Source of the DNA: Candidatus Poribacteria bacterium
Lineage (GTDB): Bacteria > Poribacteria > WGA-4E > WGA-3G
Length of the DNA: 64,000 nucleotides
Assembly (NCBI GenBank): GCA_963663765.2
Contig: CAXXUA010000005.1
Location: 800,001-864,000, forward strand
Direction of reading: 5' to 3'
The notes beneath the pieces are model-generated. The model was not told the origin of the DNA. It saw only the letters and a program-made list of their open reading frames with translations, and did no database searches. Made by a program: the position numbers and the translations under genes. Positions 29,002 through 37,987 of the stretch are shown piece after piece (within the stretch, counting starts at the first letter, position 1; every line of letters starts with the position of its first letter).

Positions 29002-32000
29002 TTAATCATTTTTGGTGAGTCCTAATGAACAGACAATTATAGGTTCTTGCATTTGGTGTTCTTCCTCAACAATGCAGAGTTTGCCATCGTTCCATAAATC
29101 GATCACAAGGTCAGCGAGTTGTTGTTTAGATACTCCGACGCGGAGTTGCCTGTTAAGAGTATCTCTTGCCACTGGACGCAGTGGATAACGGTATATATTT
29201 TCTATGACCTGTTTGAGTTCTGGTGTATCAAAGAGTCCACCTTCAACTTCTGATGCATAGTCTTTTAGTTGTTCATAAGTTCGGAAACGTGCGCCTGATT
29301 TTCGACCAAGTTGCCCACCGATTCTCCTGTCTTCAGAAATGATTAATCTTGCTGCTTCATGGACAAGGTGATGGTGTTTCTCTAATGGTTGTAATGCGTC
29401 AGTATCTGGTTCACAGGCGGCAGCTTGCAGAATAGTGAACTGTGATTCTGTCACACTTTCTCCATTTTTGTCTACCCATGCAAGAGCGTCATTGTCGTCC
29501 CCCGTTCTGATATAGACTAAAGCTCCTTCAGGTTGCATGTCTGTTGGTGAATGGGGTTTTGTTGAATAAACAACTGATGGGAGTTTAGTGATAATTTTCT
29601 CTAAGATTGGGTCTTCAGTGATTGCGTTTTTCCAGATTTGGTAAGCGTGAGAGGCGAGATCAACGTCGTTATCCATATCATCGTCGAGTAATCCTGAATG
29701 TTCATTATACAAGTCAACGAATATTTGGTTGCCTTCTTCACCGTCATCTTCAAAAAATGCCTCATCAGTACCGACAACTTCAGCGTTTTCTTGTAAACGT
29801 GTACGTACACGTCCTCGTAGATTGATAATCCGCTCAACCCCATCTGCTGGCAAAAAGGAGTAGCATAATATGTCTTCAGCTGTTTGTCCGATTCTGTCAA
29901 CACGTCCTGCGCGTTGAACTAACCTTATAATTGCCCACGGGAGGTCGTAGTTGACTACGATTGCGCAATCCTGTAAGTTCTGACCTTCACTCAGAACATC
30001 AGTGCTGATGAGTACACGCAACTCGTCTTCTGGTCTGATAGTGCCTTTTCTATTGTTGCTAATTGGACTGAATCGGGTTGCCAATTGTGTAGGGTTAGCG
30101 GAACCACCTGTAGCTGCTGCTAATTGTGTCACACCGCGTTCTTCTAAAACATCCTTTAAATAATGCACGGTGTCTGCAAATTGTGTGAAAACCAAAACCT
30201 TGGTATCTGGATGTGTTTGTGTTATTAGGTCTTCAAGTGCGTTGAGTTTTGCATCCCTTGTTTCATCCCAATCACCGTATTGTTGCAAAACCTGAATGAG
30301 AGCAGTCGCGTCTTCAGTTAACCGCTGCTTCAGGATAGGTATAAATAGGTTAGAACGTATCCATTTGAACCGTTTTTTATGCTTGGTCAAGTAGAGACTA
30401 TAGAATAATGCAGCGCGTTCTTGATAGTGTTCATGAGTATAGATAGTATCTTGTATATCTTCTGAATCTATCATTTCTGTGTCTTCATCATCAGTGTTTG
30501 CTGTGAGTAAATTTGGATCATCAGTATCCTCGTCGCTCAAACGTGTATCTAACATGGTAGCATCAAGTCCACCGATTGGAAAATGTTGCCCGTTCTCAAT
30601 TGCATAAAGAAAAATGTAGTTTCGTAAGATGTGTCTGTCAACGGATTGTATGAATGCTTTACCGCTACTTTCCAGCCGTTTAAACAGATTTGTGCGACAG
30701 AAACCCATGAGACGTTGTCCCGCTCGCGACAAATCCTGTAACTGCAATTTTTCTTTATCAGTTGCTGAAGCCATTGCGTCTTCATCTATATAATTCGCCA
30801 GTCCATATCGCGACAGATTGAGTTTGTTTATGGTATTCACCACATTTTCAGAATATAGCTGCGCGTAAGTATCCTCTGGGTCTTTTTCATCAATGGAGAA
30901 TTTGGCTGACTTTGGAATGCGTGTGGGAAAGTAGGATCGTGATCCATCAGGAAATAGCAGATATTTTCTTTTTGAATCGGTATCTTCTTCAGCATAGTTC
31001 TGCATGATGAAGCTGCGTGTTCTCCTGACAAGGTAGCGCCGCATGAGTTCTCTCCAGTCGTCAATTTCCTCACTGTGTTCAAATGCTGCGAGTGTCCGTA
31101 TTCCGCTTTGATGTTTCGTCATAAACATCAGTTTACCACCAATTTTATTGATGTAATGGTCTGGTCGAATGCCGATGTCTTCGGATTCATCAACAAATAG
31201 GCGGAGTTGATTTGAGAGATCGAGGAAGGTCTTGTTATATGGTGTTGCAGTGAGTAAAATTACTTTACTCTCATTTTTCTGAATATAGTCTTGAATTACA
31301 CTATAACGTTTACCTTCACGGTTTCTGAGATTATGGCTTTCGTCAATCATTACCAATCTATAACGTCTGAGATCGGGGAGTTTGTTTAATACCTGACTGA
31401 TTGAAAGCACCATGCCGCGTAAGCCGTATTCTTCTCGATAATGCTCCCACATGCTGACAAGATTTCTTGGGCAGATGATAAGTGTTTCAAGACCGAAATC
31501 GTCTTCCATTATCCGTGCAAGTGCTGTTCCCATAAGTGTTTTACCCAAACCGACAACATCCCCGATAAGTACACCGTCACGCTTGTTTAGGTGATGTGCG
31601 GCGATTTTTACAGCAGCTGTTTGGAACTCAAAAAGAATGTCTTCAAATTCGCGTGGAATCTTAAATTCATTTAATCCTGTCCGCGCTTCATGGGAAAGGT
31701 GATAAGCCATTTTTATGTAGATATGGTAAGGAGGAATCAGTTCTTCACGTGCCCAACTTTCCTCTATTATCTCAGCTAATGCTTTAGATATATCAATACA
31801 CCATTTTTCAGTCCATCTATCTTCGAACCAAGCTTCTAATTTCTGACATGCGTCAGAGTCAAGCACATCAATGTTGAGTTCTCCCTGTTGTGATAGTCCT
31901 GCAAGTGTCAGATTACTACTACCGAGATAGCCGACTGTTGGTGATACAATATCTTGTCGGTAAAGCAGGTATAGTTTAGCATGGAGTGGGTGTTTTAGAA

Positions 32001-32397
32001 ACAGTTTTACCTTTACCTTTTCGTGCCGAAGTTGATGTGCTAATTTTCTTAAACCGATTTCGTCCTCACGTGTGGGAATTCCAATGGTCAATTGCTCTCG
32101 AAATTCTTCTGCTAATTTCTTTTTTAGACGAAGTGCAGTTTGATTGTCGATACTATCTGTCTCTTTAATGACTCTCATAGCATGGCGTAGTTCTTCTTCA
32201 GGTTTTTGATGCATCCCGACGAGTAAACGGCAGCATGCTTCATCTCCACCGTGCCAGTTGTCTATATATTCAGCAATTCGGCGCCACCCTCTGAGGTTAA
32301 AATAGCCGACACAGAAGTCGGCATGAGTGGAGGATTCAAGGGTTTGTTTTAGTGCTTGAAGGAGGGGTTGGTTGATATTATCAAAGATTCTAGGCAT
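29002..32397 (-). CDS. PLD-nuclease-domain SNF2-type helicase, restriction-like
   Basis: LHAKLY and GSSNLT (PLD), GDVVGLGKT, DESH, SEGQNLQD, QRAGRVDR; start MPRIFDN placed downstream of the predicted promoter. Confidence 0.9.
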   Translation of the reverse strand: MPRIFDNINQPLLQALKQTLESSTHADFCVGYFNLRGWRRIAEYIDNWHGGDEACCRLLVGMHQKPEEELRHAMRVIKETDSIDNQTALRLKKKLAEEFREQLTIGIPTREDEIGLRKLAHQLRHEKVKVKLFLKHPLHAKLYLLYRQDIVSPTVGYLGSSNLTLAGLSQQGELNIDVLDSDACQKLEAWFEDRWTEKWCIDISKALAEIIEESWAREELIPPYHIYIKMAYHLSHEARTGLNEFKIPREFEDILFEFQTAAVKIAAHHLNKRDGVLIGDVVGLGKTLMGTALARIMEDDFGLETLIICPRNLVSMWEHYREEYGLRGMVLSISQVLNKLPDLRRYRLVMIDESHNLRNREGKRYSVIQDYIQKNESKVILLTATPYNKTFLDLSNQLRLFVDESEDIGIRPDHYINKIGGKLMFMTKHQSGIRTLAAFEHSEEIDDWRELMRRYLVRRTRSFIMQNYAEEDTDSKRKYLLFPDGSRSYFPTRIPKSAKFSIDEKDPEDTYAQLYSENVVNTINKLNLSRYGLANYIDEDAMASATDKEKLQLQDLSRAGQRLMGFCRTNLFKRLESSGKAFIQSVDRHILRNYIFLYAIENGQHFPIGGLDATMLDTRLSDEDTDDPNLLTANTDDEDTEMIDSEDIQDTIYTHEHYQERAALFYSLYLTKHKKRFKWIRSNLFIPILKQRLTEDATALIQVLQQYGDWDETRDAKLNALEDLITQTHPDTKVLVFTQFADTVHYLKDVLEERGVTQLAAATGGSANPTQLATRFSPISNNRKGTIRPEDELRVLISTDVLSEGQNLQDCAIVVNYDLPWAIIRLVQRAGRVDRIGQTAEDILCYSFLPADGVERIINLRGRVRTRLQENAEVVGTDEAFFEDDGEEGNQIFVDLYNEHSGLLDDDMDNDVDLASHAYQIWKNAITEDPILEKIITKLPSVVYSTKPHSPTDMQPEGALVYIRTGDDNDALAWVDKNGESVTESQFTILQAAACEPDTDALQPLEKHHHLVHEAARLIISEDRRIGGQLGRKSGARFRTYEQLKDYASEVEGGLFDTPELKQVIENIYRYPLRPVARDTLNRQLRVGVSKQQLADLVIDLWNDGKLCIVEEEHQMQEPIIVCSLGLTKND

Positions 32398-32435
32398 ACG
32401 AAGGTATTCCTTACTTTCGTAGATTTTCTTATGGT

Positions 32436-32464
32436 ATTTTAACAAACGCTTCTAATTTCTGCAA
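32436..32464 (-). promoter_or_regulatory. Sigma70 promoter of the helicase gene
   Basis: TTGCAG-17 bp-TAAAAT with TG extension; conserved in the duplicate at 35717-35745. Confidence 0.6.
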
Positions 32465-32481
32465 GCGTATAACCTGAAATC

Positions 32482-32910
32482 CAGGGTTATTTAGTTTTAG
32501 GTTTTTTTGATGATTATTTGCTATAACGTTAATTTTATATGTTGCCATCTTGTCCATGTCTTTAGTCCCGCCAAATGCCATACGGGGAATGCCTTAATGG
32601 CATTCATACCGTTGATTTGGCGCATTTGGCGTTGATTTGGTAGGGACGATATGTTTATAGAAAATGTTTTCAACCCCAATTGAGTTCCGTAGGAACGACA
32701 TAGAAGAATAAACATATCGTCCCTACGGGACTAAAGAACTGTGGAGGGTATTCGTTTTCTATAAACATATCGTCCCTACGGGACTAAAGAGCGATGTTCA
32801 TGTTTCAATAACCTAAAACTGATGCAGAAAGTTCGGTTAGGAAATCGAACCTTGGTATTAACTTTTAGTAAATCTCAATAACAGAAAACTCTTAAAACTA
32901 AATAACCCTG
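32482..32910. mobile_element. MITE family B with doubly nested micro-inserts
   Basis: Both TIRs present, no TSD; abuts a lone family A terminus at 32914-32930. Confidence 0.88.
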
Positions 32911-33032
32911 TATTATTGGCGAAGGTATTGCTAATCGTTTACCTAATCGTTTACTTTTGCAATAGATCGGTTTCTATTCTTCGTATTACGAGCAAAAAAC
33001 GGCTATTTAGCACGCGTTTCAGGGAAAATCGC

Positions 33033-33144
33033 TTACCTAATCAGTTACCTAATCAGTTACCTAATCGTTTACCTAATCGTTTACCTAATCGTTTACCTAA
33101 TCGTTTACCTAATCGTTTACCTAATCGTTTACCTAATCGTTTAC
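33033..33144. repeat. 12-bp tandem repeat, about 9 units
   Basis: TTACCTAATCGT; two more units at 32931-32954 and at about 20748-20769. Confidence 0.97.
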
Positions 33145-33196
33145 TTTTTGGAGGTATTTAGTGCTTCTTCCCTTTCCTACTACAGTTAATATTCCT

Positions 33197-33514
33197 TTAT
33201 CTACCATATCCCTTAATTCCACATGCTCCTTTCTGAACGATCTTGCATGTGTTAAGTTGAGTATGACGCTCAAGTTTTTCTAACAGAGAATCCAAATCGT
33301 CAACAGTAAAACTATTTAATCGTCCGGTTCTCAGTTGCGTCATTTTGTCAGTCGTGATTCCCAAGCAATGCGCAACTTCTTTTTGAGTCATTCCTTGTTC
33401 AGCAATTAAAGTATTGATCTCATAAGCCAATTTTGCTTTTGCCAATCTTTCATTAGGTGAAGGAAGTCCTAAATCTTTAAATACATTGCCTGAACTTAGC
33501 GTATAATTTGCCAT
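33197..33514 (-). CDS. XRE-family HTH protein
   Basis: SSGNVFKDLGL, GMTQKEVAHCLGIT; 3' end runs into the wHTH remnant. Confidence 0.82.
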   Translation of the reverse strand: MANYTLSSGNVFKDLGLPSPNERLAKAKLAYEINTLIAEQGMTQKEVAHCLGITTDKMTQLRTGRLNSFTVDDLDSLLEKLERHTQLNTCKIVQKGACGIKGYGR

Positions 33515-33524
33515 AATCTAATAT

Positions 33525-33728
33525 CTATTCTTCCCAAAAGTTTTCCACCGGAAACGGTTTACTGCGTCCTTTGTATATCAACTAAACCCGGATTGTCCCC
33601 GATCGACGCGGCGGTGGCATGGTTATAGCAGCATCCCAGTCAAGAAGATCTTCTTCGTTGTCCGATAGAATGGTGAAGCGTGTCTCCTGTTTTTTCTTAG
33701 TCGTGTTTGTGCATTGTGGTGTTTTCAT
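33525..33728 (-). pseudogene. Copy 3 of the 67-codon ORF, with internal TAG
   Basis: Colinear with 22673-22876; TTGCAA-17-TAAAAT upstream. Confidence 0.75.
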
Positions 33729-33789
33729 AATCTTTTGTTCTCCTTTTACATAACAATTTTAACAGGAATTGGCAGTGATTGCAACCGTA

Positions 33790-35415
33790 TTACAAAGGAA
33801 AAAACTCACCCTTATTCAGCAGTTGAATGCTATACCATTTTACCTTCCATTTACCGACTGTGGAAGTAGTATTGTGTACCTTAAAATGTTCTCCTTCCTT
33901 CGGTAAATACTTTCTGTTTTTCAACCACTCCGTAGTTGACCGAAGACTGTTTGTCGTTTTTAACTTTGCTATTAGATGGTTAGACCTGATAACAGGAACG
34001 TCAGGAGATTGGACATTAGCATTCCCAATCCAATTCTCCGACACAACTACCCCTTCAAGTTTATAATTTGAATCAATGTTAAGTTTTTCCAATAATTGCT
34101 GGTTGTTGTCGGCATACGCTTGTTTAGATTTTTGGATTTGAGAGATACCCTTTTCAACCTCTTCAGATTTCTCAATAATTTCACGTGCTTCTGCAGGATG
34201 AATGAACCATTTGAGTTCTAACAGTAGACACACTTTTTCGGAATCACTTACAATTGCAAGATCAACATCTGGTAGGTTTGCTACACTTCCCAAAACGAAT
34301 CTAAAATCTTTATTGGACAAATCAGAGGTGATACTTTCTCTCATAAGAGTTTCTTTATTAGTAACTAATTTTTGATAAATATCTTTTTCAGATGGTAACT
34401 TGTTTAGAAGTATGGTTAAATTCCGTTCTGCTGCGGAACATATCCATAAATTCGGCATAATCGCATAGTCATTTGAATTTAGTTTTATTAAAGGTTGTAA
34501 TGCAGGATCAGGATGGCGTATTCCCTTATTTCCATAAGTTAAATCATCAAAGACACTTTGCACCTTTGCTTCTGACAACTTTGAATATCTGACTGTACGT
34601 CTTAATAGATCCTCATAGGCAAATACATAAATACTATCAGGGTAACCCAAACGAACCCGTCCTTGATCTGAAGCAAACTTCCGTGCGGTGAGATGAATAC
34701 CTGCTAACGCTGCAATAACTTCAAAAACTGCTCGAAAATCTTTCAACGTATAGCGACTAAACTCCCAATCTCCAGGTAGTGAAAACACCATGTCTTGGGT
34801 AGGTCTAATTATTGCGGATATCATATCAGAAACCATCCGTGGGTTCAGCTTATAACGGAATCTATCACCTTTTATCCTTAAGGTGTGCCTGATTGCATCG
34901 TTTGGTGATTTATCAAAATTTGCCAAAGACAAAGTTTGTTGCGATGATTCTATTTTATTCAAACGGTTATATGCTTCGTACCCAACGCCACCACAAAGGT
35001 CGTTCTTTGATTGAATAGTAGTTCCTTTAAGTTCTAATTCAATCCAATTGTTGCTGGCGAATGTGTATGCTGTAACAAAATCTGTATATTTTTGTCCTAA
35101 TTTGTACAAATCCTGAGATGCTTTGTGCCGTCTGTCATTATAAGCAAAAGGAACTTTACCACCTCGCTGGCACCCACGGTATAACCAGTTCATTGGATCC
35201 TTAAGTTCATAAACAAAATTATCAACAATCATAGCGCGTTCTTGAAGTGTTGAAGAGCCAATAATATCTTTGAACATCATATCCTCAGCATACGCCAGCA
35301 AATACCACGCAGCAGCTGCAAAAGGGAGTTTGAGAAGTGGATTAGATTTATAGTAGCTATCTATCTCTTTTTCCACTTTTCGCAATTCGGGTGAAACGCT
35401 ATCTGCACTACTCAT
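33790..35415 (-). CDS. Hypothetical protein with C-terminal PD-(D/E)XK-like nuclease domain
   Basis: LPDVDLAIV...LLLELKW. Confidence 0.6.
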   Translation of the reverse strand: MSSADSVSPELRKVEKEIDSYYKSNPLLKLPFAAAAWYLLAYAEDMMFKDIIGSSTLQERAMIVDNFVYELKDPMNWLYRGCQRGGKVPFAYNDRRHKASQDLYKLGQKYTDFVTAYTFASNNWIELELKGTTIQSKNDLCGGVGYEAYNRLNKIESSQQTLSLANFDKSPNDAIRHTLRIKGDRFRYKLNPRMVSDMISAIIRPTQDMVFSLPGDWEFSRYTLKDFRAVFEVIAALAGIHLTARKFASDQGRVRLGYPDSIYVFAYEDLLRRTVRYSKLSEAKVQSVFDDLTYGNKGIRHPDPALQPLIKLNSNDYAIMPNLWICSAAERNLTILLNKLPSEKDIYQKLVTNKETLMRESITSDLSNKDFRFVLGSVANLPDVDLAIVSDSEKVCLLLELKWFIHPAEAREIIEKSEEVEKGISQIQKSKQAYADNNQQLLEKLNIDSNYKLEGVVVSENWIGNANVQSPDVPVIRSNHLIAKLKTTNSLRSTTEWLKNRKYLPKEGEHFKVHNTTSTVGKWKVKWYSIQLLNKGEFFPL

Positions 35416-35439
35416 AATAAACCTTCTTTACATCAATTC

Positions 35440-35755
35440 CCAAAACCCATACGATACTTGATGTCGTAGTTGATGATGAAGTCTAATTCCTCGTCTGTGA
35501 AGTTGTAGTGTTCGGCAAAGATACGGTAAATTTTATCAATGATGTGTTTACATTCTGTGAGTCTCCGCCATCCTCTGAGGTTAAAATAACCCACACATCT
35601 GCATGGGTGGAGGATTCAAGGGTTTGTTTTAGTGCTTGAAGGAGCGGTTGGTCAATATTGTCAAAGATTCTGGGCATACGAAGGTATTCCTTATTTTGTG
35701 TAGATTTTCTTATGGTATTTTAACAGACGCTTCCAATTTGTGCAAGTGTATAACC
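35440..35755 (-). pseudogene. Deletion scar joining the helicase 5' end to the methyltransferase 3' end
   Basis: About 35565-35755 matches 32282-32475; about 35443-35549 matches 24543-24649. Confidence 0.88.
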
Positions 35756-35763
35756 CAGGGACC

Positions 35764-36278
35764 CAGAGTTATTCAGTTTTAAGAGTTTTCTGTTCTTGAG
35801 ATTTACTGAAAGTTAATACCCAGGTTCGGTTTCCTAACCGAATTTTACGCATCATTTTAATTTATTGAAAACTGAATATCGCTCTTTAGTCCCGACAAAT
35901 GCCATACGGGGAATGCCTTAATGGCATTCATACCGTTGATTTGGCGCATTTGGCGTTGATTTGGTAGGGACGATATGTGTATAGATAACGAATACCCTCC
36001 ACAGTTCTTTAGTCCCGACAAATGCCACACGCGCATTTGGCGTTGATTTGGTAGGGACGATATGTGTATAGATAACGAATACCCTCCACAGTTCTTTAGT
36101 CCCGTAGGGACGATATGTTTATTCTTCTATGTCGTTCCTACGGAACTCAATTGGGGTGGAAAACATTTTCTATAAACATATCGTTCCTACGGAACTAAAG
36201 ACATGGACACGAGGGTATTACAAAATATTAACGGTATAACAAAATACTATCAAAAATATTGAAAACTGAATAACCTTG
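35764..36278. mobile_element. MITE family B, inverted, with an internally duplicated REP unit
   Basis: TIRs present; TGTATAACC at 35747-35755 and 36279-36287. Confidence 0.88.
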
Positions 36279-36308
36279 TGTATAACCTGAAATGTTAACA
36301 CACTACAT

Positions 36309-36337
36309 TTGACTATTTTACCATGTTGGGATATAAT
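36309..36337 (+). promoter_or_regulatory. Sigma70 promoter
   Basis: TTGACT-17 bp-TATAAT upstream of 36459. Confidence 0.55.
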
Positions 36338-36458
36338 AATAACCCGTTGTTGAGAAGAACTCAAATAGAAAATAGAAACTGTGCCGAAATTCATGATGAT
36401 GCCGCCGCAAAGTTCAGAATCGCATACGTGGTCAGTATATCTAACATAAGGAAACCTG

Positions 36459-37961
36459 ATGAAAACGCTATTATTAGTAAATATGTCGACTCTTGCAGAG
36501 ACTTTTCCCGATGATGTCGTGGAAATAGAAAAATCGGTTGAGACGTTTGTACACACCCATAATGCTGAAGTGCTTGATATTGGTGATGTCTACAAGGAAA
36601 AGACAGGGAAGCCAATTGCAATTCCTACTTATCCCGACCCAGAATTAACTGCATTGGCGCGGGACATCAAATCTGAGATTATCTCAAAAACGGATGGAGA
36701 ATTGGATTGTCTCATTCTGGTAGGAGATGAAACCGTAATTCCGATGTGGGAAATTCAGTTGGGTAGACTGCGTATTCACACTGATTCCTTCTATTCAGAC
36801 TTAGATGGAGATGGTCTGCCTGAAGTCGTGACGACGCGTGTCCTTGGAAATCCTGAAGCGATGCAGCTGCAACTTAGTGAAGAATTTGAGACCGCAGGAC
36901 AGAACGCAACGATTTTGTGTTCGGAGGATACCCGTATACATTTAGAAACGCAGCGATTTCTTGATGTGTTGTCACAACAAGGACATGAGGTTGAAGTTCT
37001 CGGTAGGGGTGGGGCAGAATGCTTATCACAGTCGGATTTGATCATTCACTTTGGACATGGAAGTCCTCAAAGTCTAAACAATCGATTTGGTGAAATATTT
37101 GTAAGTGCGAAAGATATGCCAACTTTTCCACAACATCCAATTGCGATCATTAATGGATGTGCTACCACGCCTCCTGGGTCAACGTTGTTACGGGGGTTTT
37201 TGAATAACGGTTGCCGCACTTATCTTGGTAATACTGCAGTCGTTGCAGGAATGATTCCCGCGAGATATACAAACCAACTCATCATGAATTTTCTTACTGC
37301 CTATAAATCACATCCAGATTGGTCGGTTGTGAAATTATTTACAGAAGCTCGAGCAGAATATGCAAGTGTTGCTAAGATTACCAAGACATTATTGAAACTT
37401 GAAAAAACTGGTAGATTAAAGAGATTTAAGGGAGATTTGCAAACGCATCTGCTAACGTTCTTAGAGTGGAATGCCTACGGATCTCCATTATCTCTTCTAC
37501 ATCAAGGTGAAGCGAATCCTGTATTTGTTAAGCATCCACTGGTCAAATCCAAGGAAATTCTTAAAGCAGAAGGACAAAATACAATTGAGACCACTATTGA
37601 CATTACGGAGCAGGATGGCGAACCAATTCTTTATATTCAAGCAGATTGGCTGACTTCCGATTCTTCTTCACTTGTGCTTCGGATCCAACAAAATGGAAAG
37701 GCAATCCATGAATTAAAAGGAGATACACACATTGTTTTTCAACACATTGAAGACATTTGTGTCGGTGGTTATGTTGATGGTGATGTGTATCACGCTTATT
37801 GGTTGTTGCCACTGCAGAGAGTCGTTGGTGTAAACAGATTACGAATTGAACTTGTGACTCAATCGGCAGCGTTAACGATTTTGCCAGAATCAGCAGTCGA
37901 GATTTGGCCTGAATGGAAAACCATTTCTGCACCAGAGAGAAATTCACCAGATGTGTTGTGA
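36459..37961 (+). CDS. C25/gingipain-like (clan CD) cysteine peptidase
   Basis: LILVGD, TDSFYSDLDGDGLPEV, HFGHGS and INGC candidate His-Cys dyad. Confidence 0.72.
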   Translation: MKTLLLVNMSTLAETFPDDVVEIEKSVETFVHTHNAEVLDIGDVYKEKTGKPIAIPTYPDPELTALARDIKSEIISKTDGELDCLILVGDETVIPMWEIQLGRLRIHTDSFYSDLDGDGLPEVVTTRVLGNPEAMQLQLSEEFETAGQNATILCSEDTRIHLETQRFLDVLSQQGHEVEVLGRGGAECLSQSDLIIHFGHGSPQSLNNRFGEIFVSAKDMPTFPQHPIAIINGCATTPPGSTLLRGFLNNGCRTYLGNTAVVAGMIPARYTNQLIMNFLTAYKSHPDWSVVKLFTEARAEYASVAKITKTLLKLEKTGRLKRFKGDLQTHLLTFLEWNAYGSPLSLLHQGEANPVFVKHPLVKSKEILKAEGQNTIETTIDITEQDGEPILYIQADWLTSDSSSLVLRIQQNGKAIHELKGDTHIVFQHIEDICVGGYVDGDVYHAYWLLPLQRVVGVNRLRIELVTQSAALTILPESAVEIWPEWKTISAPERNSPDVL

Positions 37962-37987
37962 TCTCCTAAGAATAGGCGTTGTTTCTG

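Noticed and set aside
32916-33161. (LPNR)n protein
   Set aside because: Translation of the 12-bp repeat, starting inside a MITE terminus.
35483-35677. 64-aa gene
   Set aside because: Frameshifted chimera of helicase and methyltransferase remnants.
20745-35755. Integron cassette array
   Set aside because: No integrase and no recognisable attC sites; the shared blocks are gene fragments.
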